A DNA stretch of 64,000 nucleotides, from assembly GCA_965214625.1 (NCBI GenBank), contig OZ243962.1:1645278-1709277 (forward strand), read 5' to 3'. Below, one piece after another: positions 32,116-41,698 of this stretch. How positions within the stretch are numbered: position 1 is the stretch's first letter; each line of letters begins with the position of its first letter. Source of the DNA: Candidatus Poriferihabitaceae bacterium. Lineage in GTDB: Bacteria > Pseudomonadota > Gammaproteobacteria > Arenicellales > Poriferihabitantaceae. The notes beneath the pieces were generated by a model. The model searched no databases and had not been told where the DNA came from. It was given only the letters and a program-made list of their open reading frames with translations. The position numbers and the translations under genes were made by a program.

Positions 32116-33801
32116 ATGAAAACACTGTCAGGCGGGAAAGCGGTTGTCGAATCGCTTGAGGCTGAAAATGTCAGCCAGGTATTCGGGCTGATCGGGTCGT
32201 CCACAATGGAGATATTCGATGCGCTTTATGATGCGTCAGGCATCAGATTTATCGGTGTCCATGATGAGCGGACCGGAACCCACATGGCGGACGGCTATGC
32301 CCGCATGTCGGGACGGCCGGGCATCATGCTAGCGGGCCAAAACGGACCCGGTGCAACCAATTTGGTCACCGGGCTTTCGCAGGCTTCCGCCGCATTTTCT
32401 CCCGTCATCGCAATAGCCGGCGCCTTATCGTCAGAGCATGTCTATCGGGATGCTTTCCAGGAAGTTGATCAACAGTCACTGTTCAAACCGATTACCAAAA
32501 AGACCTGGACCGTGACGCAACCGCATCGTATCCCGGAGATGTTTCAAGCCGCGTTCCGTACCGCGATGACCCCTCGACAGGGACCGGTTCTGATCAATCT
32601 GCCGCGCGATACGCTGTCGGCGACCGCGGAGTTTCCGCCATTTCAGAAACCGGAGACCTATCGTTCCCATAGTGTTCCGTCGGGCGCGCATGCGCAAATA
32701 CGTAAAGCGGCGCAAATGCTGTGCACCGCATCACGGCCGGTGTTGGTGGTTGGCGGCGGAATAAAAAACGGCGGCCACTATCAGGAAGTGCTGGAGTTGG
32801 CCGAAGCACTCAATGCCCCGGTCGCAAGTACGCCGGGACATGGTGATGCAATCCCTTTTGGCCATCCACTCAACGCGGGGCAAATGGGTCCCAGGGGGAA
32901 CCCGGTGGCATCCCGTCTGGTCAAGGAGGCGGATGTCATCCTGGCGCTTGGCACCCGTCTCGGGTTTAATGCGACCTTTTATTCTTACGACAACCTGAAT
33001 CGCAATGCGGCGATCATCCACATTGAACTCGAGCCGACGGCGATCGGCCGCCATTTTCCGGTGGCACTGGGTATTTGGGCAGATGCCCGTACCGCGGCAC
33101 AGCAATTGTGCCAGGCGGTGGCACAGATGGACGGTCGCATGGAAGTCGAAAAGTGGACACAGGCCTATCAGCGCGAACGCATCGAGTATCTCGCAAAGCG
33201 GGATAATGAGGCGGAAACGCAATCGCACCCGATTCGGCCCTCCGGACTGTTCAAGGTATTAAGAGCGGTAGTGCCCAACAATGCCGCCATCACCCTGGAT
33301 GCAGGGACGCTTTGCCTCCAGGCAACCGATGCGCTGAATTATTGGGAACCGCCTTGCCTCTTTACCCCGCTGGACTTCGGGCTGGTGGGGTTTTCCTTCG
33401 CCTGTGGTCTGGGGGTGAAAGTCGCCAGACCGGACCGTCCTGTCATCAGCCTGATGGGCGATGGCGGATTCGGCATGACGCTGTCGGAATTAAGCACCGC
33501 GGTTGACCATGGAATCAACACCGTTACCATTGTGATGAACAATCAATGCTGGGGTGCGGAAAAAGCGTACCAGCGCGATTTTTTTGGAGGACGCTACATC
33601 GGGGCGGATATCAGCAGCCCGCCTTTTGATAAAATAGCGGAACTCTATGGGGCAGCCGGATTTCGGGTGGACCGGTTTTCAGAGATTGGCGGCGCGGTCG
33701 AGGCGGCGTTGGCTTGTCAACAACCGGCGGTCATTGATGTTGCCATTGACCCGGCCGCCCTTTACAGTTTCCGTCGTGATTCCTTTAGGCACAGGGCGTG
33801 A
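32116..33801 (+). CDS. thiamine-diphosphate-dependent enzyme (acetolactate-synthase-like fold)
   Basis: The 561-aa ORF follows a strong SD (aaaggagg). Motifs are GVHDERTGTHMADGYAR, FQEVDQ and GDGGFGM...NN (ThDP-binding). Confidence 0.85.
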   Translation: MKTLSGGKAVVESLEAENVSQVFGLIGSSTMEIFDALYDASGIRFIGVHDERTGTHMADGYARMSGRPGIMLAGQNGPGATNLVTGLSQASAAFSPVIAIAGALSSEHVYRDAFQEVDQQSLFKPITKKTWTVTQPHRIPEMFQAAFRTAMTPRQGPVLINLPRDTLSATAEFPPFQKPETYRSHSVPSGAHAQIRKAAQMLCTASRPVLVVGGGIKNGGHYQEVLELAEALNAPVASTPGHGDAIPFGHPLNAGQMGPRGNPVASRLVKEADVILALGTRLGFNATFYSYDNLNRNAAIIHIELEPTAIGRHFPVALGIWADARTAAQQLCQAVAQMDGRMEVEKWTQAYQRERIEYLAKRDNEAETQSHPIRPSGLFKVLRAVVPNNAAITLDAGTLCLQATDALNYWEPPCLFTPLDFGLVGFSFACGLGVKVARPDRPVISLMGDGGFGMTLSELSTAVDHGINTVTIVMNNQCWGAEKAYQRDFFGGRYIGADISSPPFDKIAELYGAAGFRVDRFSEIGGAVEAALACQQPAVIDVAIDPAALYSFRRDSFRHRA

Positions 33802-33982
33802 CGAAAACCGGACACCCGGCGTGTTTCAAATGGCCGTTACCCTTGCGGTTTGCCTGAGACGGATCACGCAGTGAAAAGGTGTCGGTTCCGCGATGTATCT
33901 TATTCGGATATGGCGTAACATCGGCAGGGTTCGAATTCGATAAAATACGGTCGACAGACCCAAAACCACAGAGCAACCAAGC

Positions 33983-35020
33983 ATGAAATTTCAACTAGCA
34001 ATCAATCTGGAGCGGATGCATGACAGGATCGACATGGTCGAGGTGGAGCGACACACGCTCGAGATGGTCAAGATGGCCGATCAGGGGGGGTTCAGTCTTG
34101 TCTGGGCGGCTGAACACCATGCCCTTGAGATGACCATTGCCCCGAATCCATTTCAAATTTTGACCTGGTGGGCGGCACATACCGAACGTATCCGGCTGGG
34201 GACAGCGGTTGCCGTCGCGCCGTATTGGCATCCCATCAATCTGGCCGGAGAAGCCGCATTCACCGATCTGATCAGTGGCGGCCGGCTTGAGCTTGGTATC
34301 GGGTCAGGGGCCTATCAACGGGAATTCGATCGGATGTGTCCGGGCATGAAGCAGTCGGATGCCTGGCGTTATGTGCATGAAATGCTGCCTGCAATCAAGG
34401 CATTGTGGGCGGGAGATTATGAGCACAACGGTGAATTCTGGTCGTTTCCCACCGCCACCTCGGTCCCCAAGCCGATTCAAAAACCGCACCCCCCGATCTG
34501 GGTTGCGGCACGCGCTCCCATTACCTTTGACTATGCAGTCAAACAGGGCTGTCATATCATGTCGTGGCCGTTGACCCGGCCTTTCTCGGAGGCGGAGCTT
34601 TACAAATCCCGGCTGGATGAGGCCGTCAAGGCCAATCCAGGCGCCCGTCCACCAGGTTTTGCGATGATGCGACATACCGCCCTTTATGACCATAAGGAGG
34701 ACTGGGAGGTGCCGGTCAAAGCGGCCCAAAGACAATTGGGGCAGTTTGAGAATCTGTTTAAAAATCTGGGCGATGTCTCAAACGGGTTTCCAAAGCAGAT
34801 TGCGCTCGAAGAACTGGCCAATCGGGATGAATACAATCCGCAAATGCTCCGGGAAAACCTGATGTTTGGTACACCGGATGAAGTGATCATGAAACTGAAA
34901 CGTTATCAAGCGCTCGGTGTGGATGCCTTTATTTACTACGCCAGCCTGGGATTGGGCCACAAAGAACAGAAACGCTCCATGGAACTGTTCTGCTCTGAAG
35001 TCATTCCGGCCTTCAAGTGA
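33983..35020 (+). CDS. LLM-class (luciferase-like) flavin-dependent oxidoreductase
   Basis: The 345-aa ORF shows WAAEHH, RLGTAV and LELGIGSG, typical of the bacterial luciferase family. Confidence 0.85.
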   Translation: MKFQLAINLERMHDRIDMVEVERHTLEMVKMADQGGFSLVWAAEHHALEMTIAPNPFQILTWWAAHTERIRLGTAVAVAPYWHPINLAGEAAFTDLISGGRLELGIGSGAYQREFDRMCPGMKQSDAWRYVHEMLPAIKALWAGDYEHNGEFWSFPTATSVPKPIQKPHPPIWVAARAPITFDYAVKQGCHIMSWPLTRPFSEAELYKSRLDEAVKANPGARPPGFAMMRHTALYDHKEDWEVPVKAAQRQLGQFENLFKNLGDVSNGFPKQIALEELANRDEYNPQMLRENLMFGTPDEVIMKLKRYQALGVDAFIYYASLGLGHKEQKRSMELFCSEVIPAFK

Positions 35021-35100
35021 TCCGCTTGGGGACGGCCGTCAGGGTCACAGCGATGTGCCGCCGGGAGGTTGCAATGACCGGCGCGCAAGCCGTCTCCCGA

Positions 35101-35904
35101 TCAGCCGTCGGTGGTATATTGAAACAAGCAATCGTCCTTTAATGGGACCACCGGGTTCAGATTTCGATGGTGCTTGAAATCGGGCCTTGTGGGGTGGGTA
35201 TAGGCGTTGCTGATAGGGTTCAGTATCAAAGAAAAAATGGCGCGATCCCAGGGGGACATATTGTTCGGTGACCCGTGAATCAGATGATCGAAAAAAATCA
35301 ACACGGTGCCCTTGCGACCCACAGCCGCTTCAATGCCATGTTGTCTGGCCAGTGCACCCACGGTTTCGTTGTCCACGATCCAAAGGGGATAACTGGTGGT
35401 TTCAACATCCAGTCTGGCCCGGGGCATATCGTGGCGGTGGGAACCGGGAATAAAATAAAGGGGCCCATTAAAGTGGGTCACATCATCGAGGAAGATATGT
35501 AAATTCAATGCCTGGGGCCGTTCGACGCCGTCTTCGTGATGGTGTGTCGCAAAATCATAGTGCCACTGCCAGACGGCGCCACTGAAAGCGGTTTTTACAT
35601 TGATCTTTGTCTGTTGGACATACATCGGTTCCGGGCGAATCTGAAAGGCGGGCTCAATCAACCGGGGATGCCTGACCAATGTTTCGAATACCGGGTGACG
35701 CAAATGCAACCCCATGCTGGTCCGTACCACGCCCGCTTCTTTTTCAATGATATTCCCCGGATGGCCGTCATCAAACAATGCCGCCATCGGTTTTCTGATG
35801 ACCGCTATCTCCGGTTCACTATAGCGGTCCGGCAACACCAAAAACCCCTGTTGTTCAAGTTGTGTGATTTGCGCTGGATCAAGTTTCATCTGAAAGCGGG
35901 TCAC
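35101..35904 (-). CDS. PhyH-superfamily Fe(II)/2-oxoglutarate hydroxylase, ectoine-hydroxylase (EctD)-like
   Basis: The 267-aa ORF contains WQWHYDFATHHHEDG...NGPLYFIPGSH, which resembles the EctD signature FxWHSDFETWHxEDG. Confidence 0.75.
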   Translation of the reverse strand: MTRFQMKLDPAQITQLEQQGFLVLPDRYSEPEIAVIRKPMAALFDDGHPGNIIEKEAGVVRTSMGLHLRHPVFETLVRHPRLIEPAFQIRPEPMYVQQTKINVKTAFSGAVWQWHYDFATHHHEDGVERPQALNLHIFLDDVTHFNGPLYFIPGSHRHDMPRARLDVETTSYPLWIVDNETVGALARQHGIEAAVGRKGTVLIFFDHLIHGSPNNMSPWDRAIFSLILNPISNAYTHPTRPDFKHHRNLNPVVPLKDDCLFQYTTDG

Positions 35905-35959
35905 GTAAAAGTGGGGTCACCGTTGATTCGATTAGCAGACAGCCCGGCGCTCCAGGCCA

Positions 35960-37207
35960 TCAAGCGGTATATTGTGGTCTCATGACGGGCTTTGTTTGCG
36001 CGGACCCCCTGACCTTGCGGACCGCAGAGCGCAAATCAGACAGATAGTGGTCGACTATCTTCGCATGTCCCGGAGAAAGCATCAAATGGATACTGTCGGG
36101 TTCGTTCAAAGGAGGGCTGAACCACCCTCGTTGAGTCATTTCCTGCCAGATGGCATAGGTGTCTCCTTGGCTTGAGCCATAGAGCATCAGCCCCAGTTTG
36201 GGCGAACCGAAAACCTGCATGTCTTCGATAGACGCAATGCCTGCCGTCAGTTTTTCACGGGTATCGGTCACCGTTTTCACCTTTTCACGATAGCCCTCCA
36301 CGCCCAAATAGTGCATCACGGCCCAGGCAGAGGCAATCGCACCACCGGGGCGGGTCCCTGCGACCGTCGGGGTTTTCATTTCACCACAGGCCCATTGATC
36401 ACAACGGAACATTTGCAGTTCGTGTTGTTCCTTGGTGCGATGGAAAAGGGTTGAAGCCCCTTTGGCGGCATAACCATACTTGTGCAGGTCGGCAGACATC
36501 GTGCGCACGCCTGGCAAAGAAAAATCAAAATCGACAATCTCCACTCCGTTCATTTTGGCAAAGGGCGCAAAATATCCGCCTACGCAGGCATCCACATGAA
36601 GCCACAGATCAAACTCCAGGGCCAGCGTGCTCAGATCAGGAATCGGATCGATCAGTCCGTAGGGATAACAGGGCGCGGACCCCACAAGCATGATGGTGCG
36701 ATCAGAGATCGCCGCACGCAGCGCGGCCAAATCGGCCAGATAATGCTCGTCAACCGGAATGCGAACGGTTTTCAAGTCAAGATAATGTGCGGCCTTATCA
36801 AAGGCCGGATGCCCGGAACGGGGCATCAGTATCTCGGCCCCCCGGGTGTCGATCCCCCTCTTTCGTGCCTCTTCGCGACAACTCTTGACCGCAAGGAATA
36901 TGCTCTCCGAGCCACCCGATGTCAGGCTCCCACTCGCACCCCGAGGGGCGTTGAGCAGGTCGAGCCCCATGGAAACCACGTCTTCTTCCATTCTTTTCAG
37001 GCTCGGAAAGGCACTGTTGGCACCTAATCCATTTTCTGATTGGAACATGGCATAGGCCTCTTTGGCCACATTCAGGACCGCCTGCCCGGGATCAAAGACA
37101 AAGACGGCGATACGACCGCCCCGCCAGTCAATATCGTCCTGCGTCATCGCCTGCAGTTGCGCCTGCAGCGTGTTCCAGTCATTGCCCTGTTTCGGCATTA
37201 CAGTCAT
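35960..37207 (-). CDS. PLP-dependent decarboxylase/lyase (group II; MfnA / sphingosine-1-phosphate-lyase-like)
   Basis: The 415-aa ORF shows TSGGSESI, HVDACVGG and SADLHKYGYAAKG (PLP lysine context). Confidence 0.8.
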   Translation of the reverse strand: MTVMPKQGNDWNTLQAQLQAMTQDDIDWRGGRIAVFVFDPGQAVLNVAKEAYAMFQSENGLGANSAFPSLKRMEEDVVSMGLDLLNAPRGASGSLTSGGSESIFLAVKSCREEARKRGIDTRGAEILMPRSGHPAFDKAAHYLDLKTVRIPVDEHYLADLAALRAAISDRTIMLVGSAPCYPYGLIDPIPDLSTLALEFDLWLHVDACVGGYFAPFAKMNGVEIVDFDFSLPGVRTMSADLHKYGYAAKGASTLFHRTKEQHELQMFRCDQWACGEMKTPTVAGTRPGGAIASAWAVMHYLGVEGYREKVKTVTDTREKLTAGIASIEDMQVFGSPKLGLMLYGSSQGDTYAIWQEMTQRGWFSPPLNEPDSIHLMLSPGHAKIVDHYLSDLRSAVRKVRGSAQTKPVMRPQYTA

Positions 37208-37264
37208 TGGCGAGTGCTCCTATAATTGAAGTGTTGTCTTCCAGGCGGGACGGGTTTACCGATT

Positions 37265-38194
37265 TTAGCGGTCTTTAGGCAACGATGAAAGACCCGGCAA
37301 AACCAACACGCAGAGCAACCCAGTGCAGACCAGTGCAAGGGCCGTCAATGCCCGCAGTCCAACCGGTTCAGACAAAATAAAGTGGCTGGAATAAACACCG
37401 ATGACCGGCACCAGGAGTGTGCCGATGGCGGCAATGGAGGCCGGTAGCATGTTGACCACTTTCATGTATGCCCACTGGGAAAAAGTGATTGGAAAGGCAT
37501 AGATGTAGAGCAGCGCAATGATCGCAGGGGGACTTAAGCTGGTCACGTCCGGAACAGGTTCCAACAAGACAGCACCGATACCCACCGGAATCGCACTCAA
37601 CAACAGCTGCCAGGCAACATGGCTGGCAATGGGGATGTCCCAGTCGCCTTTTTTTAAGAGCACCGTTCCCAATCCCCAGGTGACCGCAGCCGCGAGCATG
37701 AAAATTGCGCCCAAAGGCGCTTGGTTGAAAATTACCAGATCCGGTCCGATCAGGACGGCCAGGCCGGTCAGGCCCAATACCAGCCCCAGGCTTTTCGATG
37801 GGCTGATTTTTTCGTTGAGCAGCAGGCAGGCAAAAATGGTGGCCCAAAGCGGCATCGTGAACGCAATAATCGAAGCCCGCCCAGCCGGCATGATGGAGAC
37901 GCCGTAGGCGGAAAGCAGATTCCATGCGCAGATATTGAACAAGGCGCATAGCGAGATGGGCAGCAGTTCCGTTCGACGAATCCGCCAGCGGTTGTTGGCG
38001 GCGGCAGAAATCACAAGCAGCGCCAGTCCCCCGATCAGCAGACAAGACGCCCTGAACCACCATACCGACAGTTCATTGAGAATGATTTTCATGCCGGGCC
38101 AATTGAGCCCCCAGAAAACCGATAGCAAAAGCAATAAAACAAGCCCGATGGTCGGTATTGTCCGGTTTTCTGATTGATGACGGAGAGAGGTCAA
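37265..38194 (-). CDS. DMT-superfamily (EamA-type) transporter
   Basis: The 309-aa ORF is a 10-TM-like, two-EamA-repeat hydrophobic protein. Confidence 0.8.
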   Translation of the reverse strand: MTSLRHQSENRTIPTIGLVLLLLLSVFWGLNWPGMKIILNELSVWWFRASCLLIGGLALLVISAAANNRWRIRRTELLPISLCALFNICAWNLLSAYGVSIMPAGRASIIAFTMPLWATIFACLLLNEKISPSKSLGLVLGLTGLAVLIGPDLVIFNQAPLGAIFMLAAAVTWGLGTVLLKKGDWDIPIASHVAWQLLLSAIPVGIGAVLLEPVPDVTSLSPPAIIALLYIYAFPITFSQWAYMKVVNMLPASIAAIGTLLVPVIGVYSSHFILSEPVGLRALTALALVCTGLLCVLVLPGLSSLPKDR

Positions 38195-38200
38195 CGTCGG

Positions 38201-39418
38201 TCACCGTTCATGTCGCAGCGCCGAGGTGCTGGCGAATAATGCCACCGTCAACAGCAAGAGGCCATTGAGTACCAATGCAATATCCGCGCCGGCCATGACC
38301 GCCAGCAACCCCAACTCCAAGTGTCCGACAGGTGCCACACCCACCGCAAACACCCACGTGCCCATGGCCCGGCCCCGAAGACGGTCAGGGACGACCAACT
38401 GCATCATGCTCTGGCTCAGTATATCGGTCGATGCCGCCATCGCGGCGACCGCTGCGACGGCGAACAGGGCGAACATGAAATGGGGCGCAGACCCGAGGGC
38501 GACCACGGCCAGACCAAAGCCAAAAGTGACCCACAGATACGCTTTCCCCTTTTGTCGCAAATCGAGTGCACCGGCCAGGTAGATGCCGGCAAGTATGCCG
38601 CCACCTGCCCGGGCGGCATGCAGGTAGCCCAAACCGTCAGCACCGACCATGAGCTTTGAGGTGGCCAGTTCCGGCAGTGCGGTCGCGAAGGAAAACCCCA
38701 GAATCTCAATCGCCGATGTCAGAAAAATCAAAGCCCGCAAGCGCTGGTTGGTACGGAGTTCAAGCCAATATTCCTTCAGGTTTTCGACAACCGAAACCGA
38801 CCGGGTTCCCAGGGACAGTCCCGGTGTCACCAGCCCCAGCACGATGACAAAGGCCACGGCATGGGCGGCACTGAGAGAGAAAAAAGCGAAACCGGGACCC
38901 CAATGGTGCAACAGGCTGCCGGACAGCAACGCCCCAATCAACTGGCCGACCCGCGTCCCCAGATTGATCAGCCCGAAACCGGAGACAATCCGCTCGCCGC
39001 CAACCACATCATAGAGATAACTGGCACGGACCGGGTTGTAGATTGCCCGCAATGCCCCGCACACAAAAGCCATCAGCAGTAATTGTTCGGGGCCAACCTC
39101 ACCGAACACGAGCACCCAGCCGAACCCGCCGAGCAACACGGCAATCAGGCCTTCGATAACAGGCAATAAGAGGCGCCGATCAAACCAGTCCGCCATCATG
39201 CCGGCAGGGATGCCAAAAAGCAGCATCGGGCCAAAATAAAACGCCAGCGAAATGCCGACCCATATCGTTGAGTTGGTCTGTTCGAAAATCAGGAAACTGA
39301 TGATCACCTGTTCGCCAGCCATCCCGATGGCATTGAAAGAGGTACTGATCCATAACCGGCGAAAATCAACCAATTGCAACGCCGGATGGCGCAGCACGCC
39401 TTTCAAGTAGGAAAGCAT
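38201..39418 (-). CDS. MFS transporter (EntS/MFS_3-like exporter type)
   Basis: The 405-aa ORF has an N-terminal FRRLWISTSFNAIG motif typical of MFS_3 exporters. Confidence 0.8.
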   Translation of the reverse strand: MLSYLKGVLRHPALQLVDFRRLWISTSFNAIGMAGEQVIISFLIFEQTNSTIWVGISLAFYFGPMLLFGIPAGMMADWFDRRLLLPVIEGLIAVLLGGFGWVLVFGEVGPEQLLLMAFVCGALRAIYNPVRASYLYDVVGGERIVSGFGLINLGTRVGQLIGALLSGSLLHHWGPGFAFFSLSAAHAVAFVIVLGLVTPGLSLGTRSVSVVENLKEYWLELRTNQRLRALIFLTSAIEILGFSFATALPELATSKLMVGADGLGYLHAARAGGGILAGIYLAGALDLRQKGKAYLWVTFGFGLAVVALGSAPHFMFALFAVAAVAAMAASTDILSQSMMQLVVPDRLRGRAMGTWVFAVGVAPVGHLELGLLAVMAGADIALVLNGLLLLTVALFASTSALRHER

Positions 39419-39606
39419 CGGCGGGATTAAGATGGACCGGCCGGGCGGCCGGTCTTGCCGGCGAAGCGCAAGACAATGGACGGGTTGGACCGGCGGGATC
39501 GATTCCCACGGTTTTCACGAGGGATTACCGCATGGAAGGTCATCGCATCAAGGGGTTTTCCAGGCCACCCTCGTTACAGAAAATCGACGGAGAGCCGTGC
39601 GGTGAC

Positions 39607-40302
39607 CTAAGGCGCCAGGATGGCGCCACCGTCAACATCGACCGTGGTGCCGGTGACAAACTGATTTTCCAAAAGGAACAGCACGGCGGATGCAACCTCA
39701 TCTGGCGTGCCGGCGCGGGGAATCAGGTTTCCGTGGGAGGCCTCCTTGAAAAATCGCTCACGGTGCGCGCCTTGTGCTGGAAACATGGGGGTGTCGATCA
39801 GCCCGGGCGAGACCGCATTGATCCGTTTGGGCGCAATTTCCGGGGCGATCGCACGGACAAACCCTTCGACGGCGTTGCCGACAGTCGATATCGCCGACAT
39901 GCCGGGGCGGCAGCGTCTTGCCGGAGAACCGCTGATCAACACAATCGCCCCCCGCTCGACGACATGAGGGACACCGAGTCTTACGGCATTCACATAGCCC
40001 CAGAGTTTGGCGAAAGACTGTTGAAAACCATCCAGATCCATTTCCATAAATGGGCCCACCGCACGTTCTCCCCCGGTTGCGGCATTGATCAAGAAATCGA
40101 TCGGCCCTTGTTTTGCAAACAGTCTTTTGAGGGCTTCGCGGTCTAACACATCGATCTTTTCGGCCGGTAACCCATCACACTGCCCGCGACGGCTGGCGAC
40201 GATCACTTCTGATCCGTGATCGACCAGAGCCCGGGCGATGGCCAGCCCGATACCGGATGTGCCCCCTAACACAAGGGATTTCTTGTTGTCGAAATAAGTC
40301 AT
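39607..40302 (-). CDS. short-chain dehydrogenase/reductase (SDR)
   Basis: The 231-aa ORF has a TGxxxGxG-like segment (GGTSGIGLA). Its length and pattern are typical of classical SDRs. Confidence 0.85.
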   Translation of the reverse strand: MTYFDNKKSLVLGGTSGIGLAIARALVDHGSEVIVASRRGQCDGLPAEKIDVLDREALKRLFAKQGPIDFLINAATGGERAVGPFMEMDLDGFQQSFAKLWGYVNAVRLGVPHVVERGAIVLISGSPARRCRPGMSAISTVGNAVEGFVRAIAPEIAPKRINAVSPGLIDTPMFPAQGAHRERFFKEASHGNLIPRAGTPDEVASAVLFLLENQFVTGTTVDVDGGAILAP

Positions 40303-40910
40303 GCGTATTGCGTTATGATCAATGTATCGAAATGTCCGTTCCCGTCAATGACACGGGCAGGCATGCGCCGTCTCGGGGAGCGATCATCGCGGTTTTCCGG
40401 TTTTTCAGTACGTCAGGCCAGACTCACGAAGGCGGTGCAGGCGACGATAATACCCCATTGGGGTGGGCAAACCAATCTTATCATCGGCCAATCGGTGAGC
40501 TCATCATTGCGCTGTCTGCTCCCGCGTCGCCAGTGCTTGTCGGGGACAGCCAAGATGCGACTCGGTCCGAATAACGGCACGCATCTCGGTGGACCGGGGT
40601 GACTGACAGGCAGGGTCCCTTGAGGCCAGCCAATGTCCTGTACCTTGTGAAAGAGTGCTTTGGCAGCCATGCAGGCCGACATTACACAGGGGCAAGGGCC
40701 GGTTGGGCAGAGGGAACACCGCCCGTTTGGCCCCGCCGTGCCATGAGAAAAAACCGAAAGGCAAGATGCCCTCAAACAGGCAACCACCGGCGCCAAGAGG
40801 TACACTGAAACGAAAACGAAACATCATCCCGTCATATGGCGCTTTGTTTGGGGTGCTCGGGTTGCTGTCATACGAACACACAGCTGATGACCATCACGAC
40901 GCTTCGGTCG

Positions 40911-41648
40911 CTAGCTACACTTGCTGTCTCCACAGTTCAGACAGGTCATGCACCCATCCATCAACACACGGGCAATCATGTTGCATTTGGCACACAGCGT
41001 GGCGCCTTCAGGAAAAGCATTTTCCAGTTCATCGGCGGGTCGGCTTAATGCGGACAGTTGAGTCTGTTCAAACTGTTGGCGTTTATGCTTGATCAATGCC
41101 TGCTGATGCTCATCCAGTACCGGGTCAACAATCATGCCGATCGATTTGAGATGTGATTCAATCGCCTCACCGATTTCAGCGACCAGGGAGGGCATAAATT
41201 TGCCGCCTCGCTTGAAATAGCCGCCCTTTGGATCAAAGACACTCTTTAGTTCATCAACCATAAAGGTGACGTCCCCGCCTTTTCGAAAGACAGCCGAAAT
41301 GATCAAGGTCAGCCCCGAAATCCACTGATAGTGATCCATGTTTTTCGAATTGATGAAAATTTCGAATGGCCGCCGCTTTTCATAGGGCGTGCCGGGATTC
41401 AACAATATATCGTTGATCGTGATGTAGAAGGCATGCTCCGATACCGGGGTCTTGATTTTGTACGTGCTGCCGACCAGCATGTCCGGTCGAGCGACCCTTT
41501 CATGCATCTGAACGATATTGTTATTGTCCCGTTTCTCCCCGCTATCGGCCAACGGGGGCATCGGTGAATGCGGGGAACCCCTTTCTTCTCCCGAAGAGGG
41601 CTTGACCACATCGTAGCCCACTATTTTTTTATCGATTTTGATACTCAT
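40911..41648 (-). CDS. nrdJb: class II ribonucleotide reductase, C-terminal polypeptide (NrdJb)
   Basis: The 245-aa ORF lies directly downstream of nrdJa. Its C-terminal Cys cluster (CAKC...CMTCLNCGDSKC) is as in split NrdJ systems. Confidence 0.8.
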   Translation of the reverse strand: MSIKIDKKIVGYDVVKPSSGEERGSPHSPMPPLADSGEKRDNNNIVQMHERVARPDMLVGSTYKIKTPVSEHAFYITINDILLNPGTPYEKRRPFEIFINSKNMDHYQWISGLTLIISAVFRKGGDVTFMVDELKSVFDPKGGYFKRGGKFMPSLVAEIGEAIESHLKSIGMIVDPVLDEHQQALIKHKRQQFEQTQLSALSRPADELENAFPEGATLCAKCNMIARVLMDGCMTCLNCGDSKCS

Positions 41649-41698
41649 GGCCGAACCATATGCTCATCTGGTCTTGTTGTTCCCGTAAGCGCTTTGAT

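Noticed and set aside
39437-39456. Perfect 8-bp GC hairpin GACCGGCC-gggc-GGCCGGTC as a terminator between the SDR and MFS genes
   Set aside because: No U-run follows on either strand, and it lies only about 20 nt upstream of the MFS start. It may affect translation or mRNA stability, but it cannot be called an intrinsic terminator.
40303-40910. Cobalamin riboswitch, guanidine-I (ykkC) riboswitch, RNase P RNA or tmRNA in the long spacer
   Set aside because: There are partial resemblances only: AAGGGACCCUG, GGUCCACCGAGA and ACGCGGGAG versus ykkC blocks. The B12 box is missing, the GCCCGGGAGA ykkC 3' block is missing, the RNase P GGAAAGUCCGG and ACAGAACCCGGCUUA regions are missing, and there is no tRNA-like tmRNA end. 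Hand matching is not adequate to call any family.
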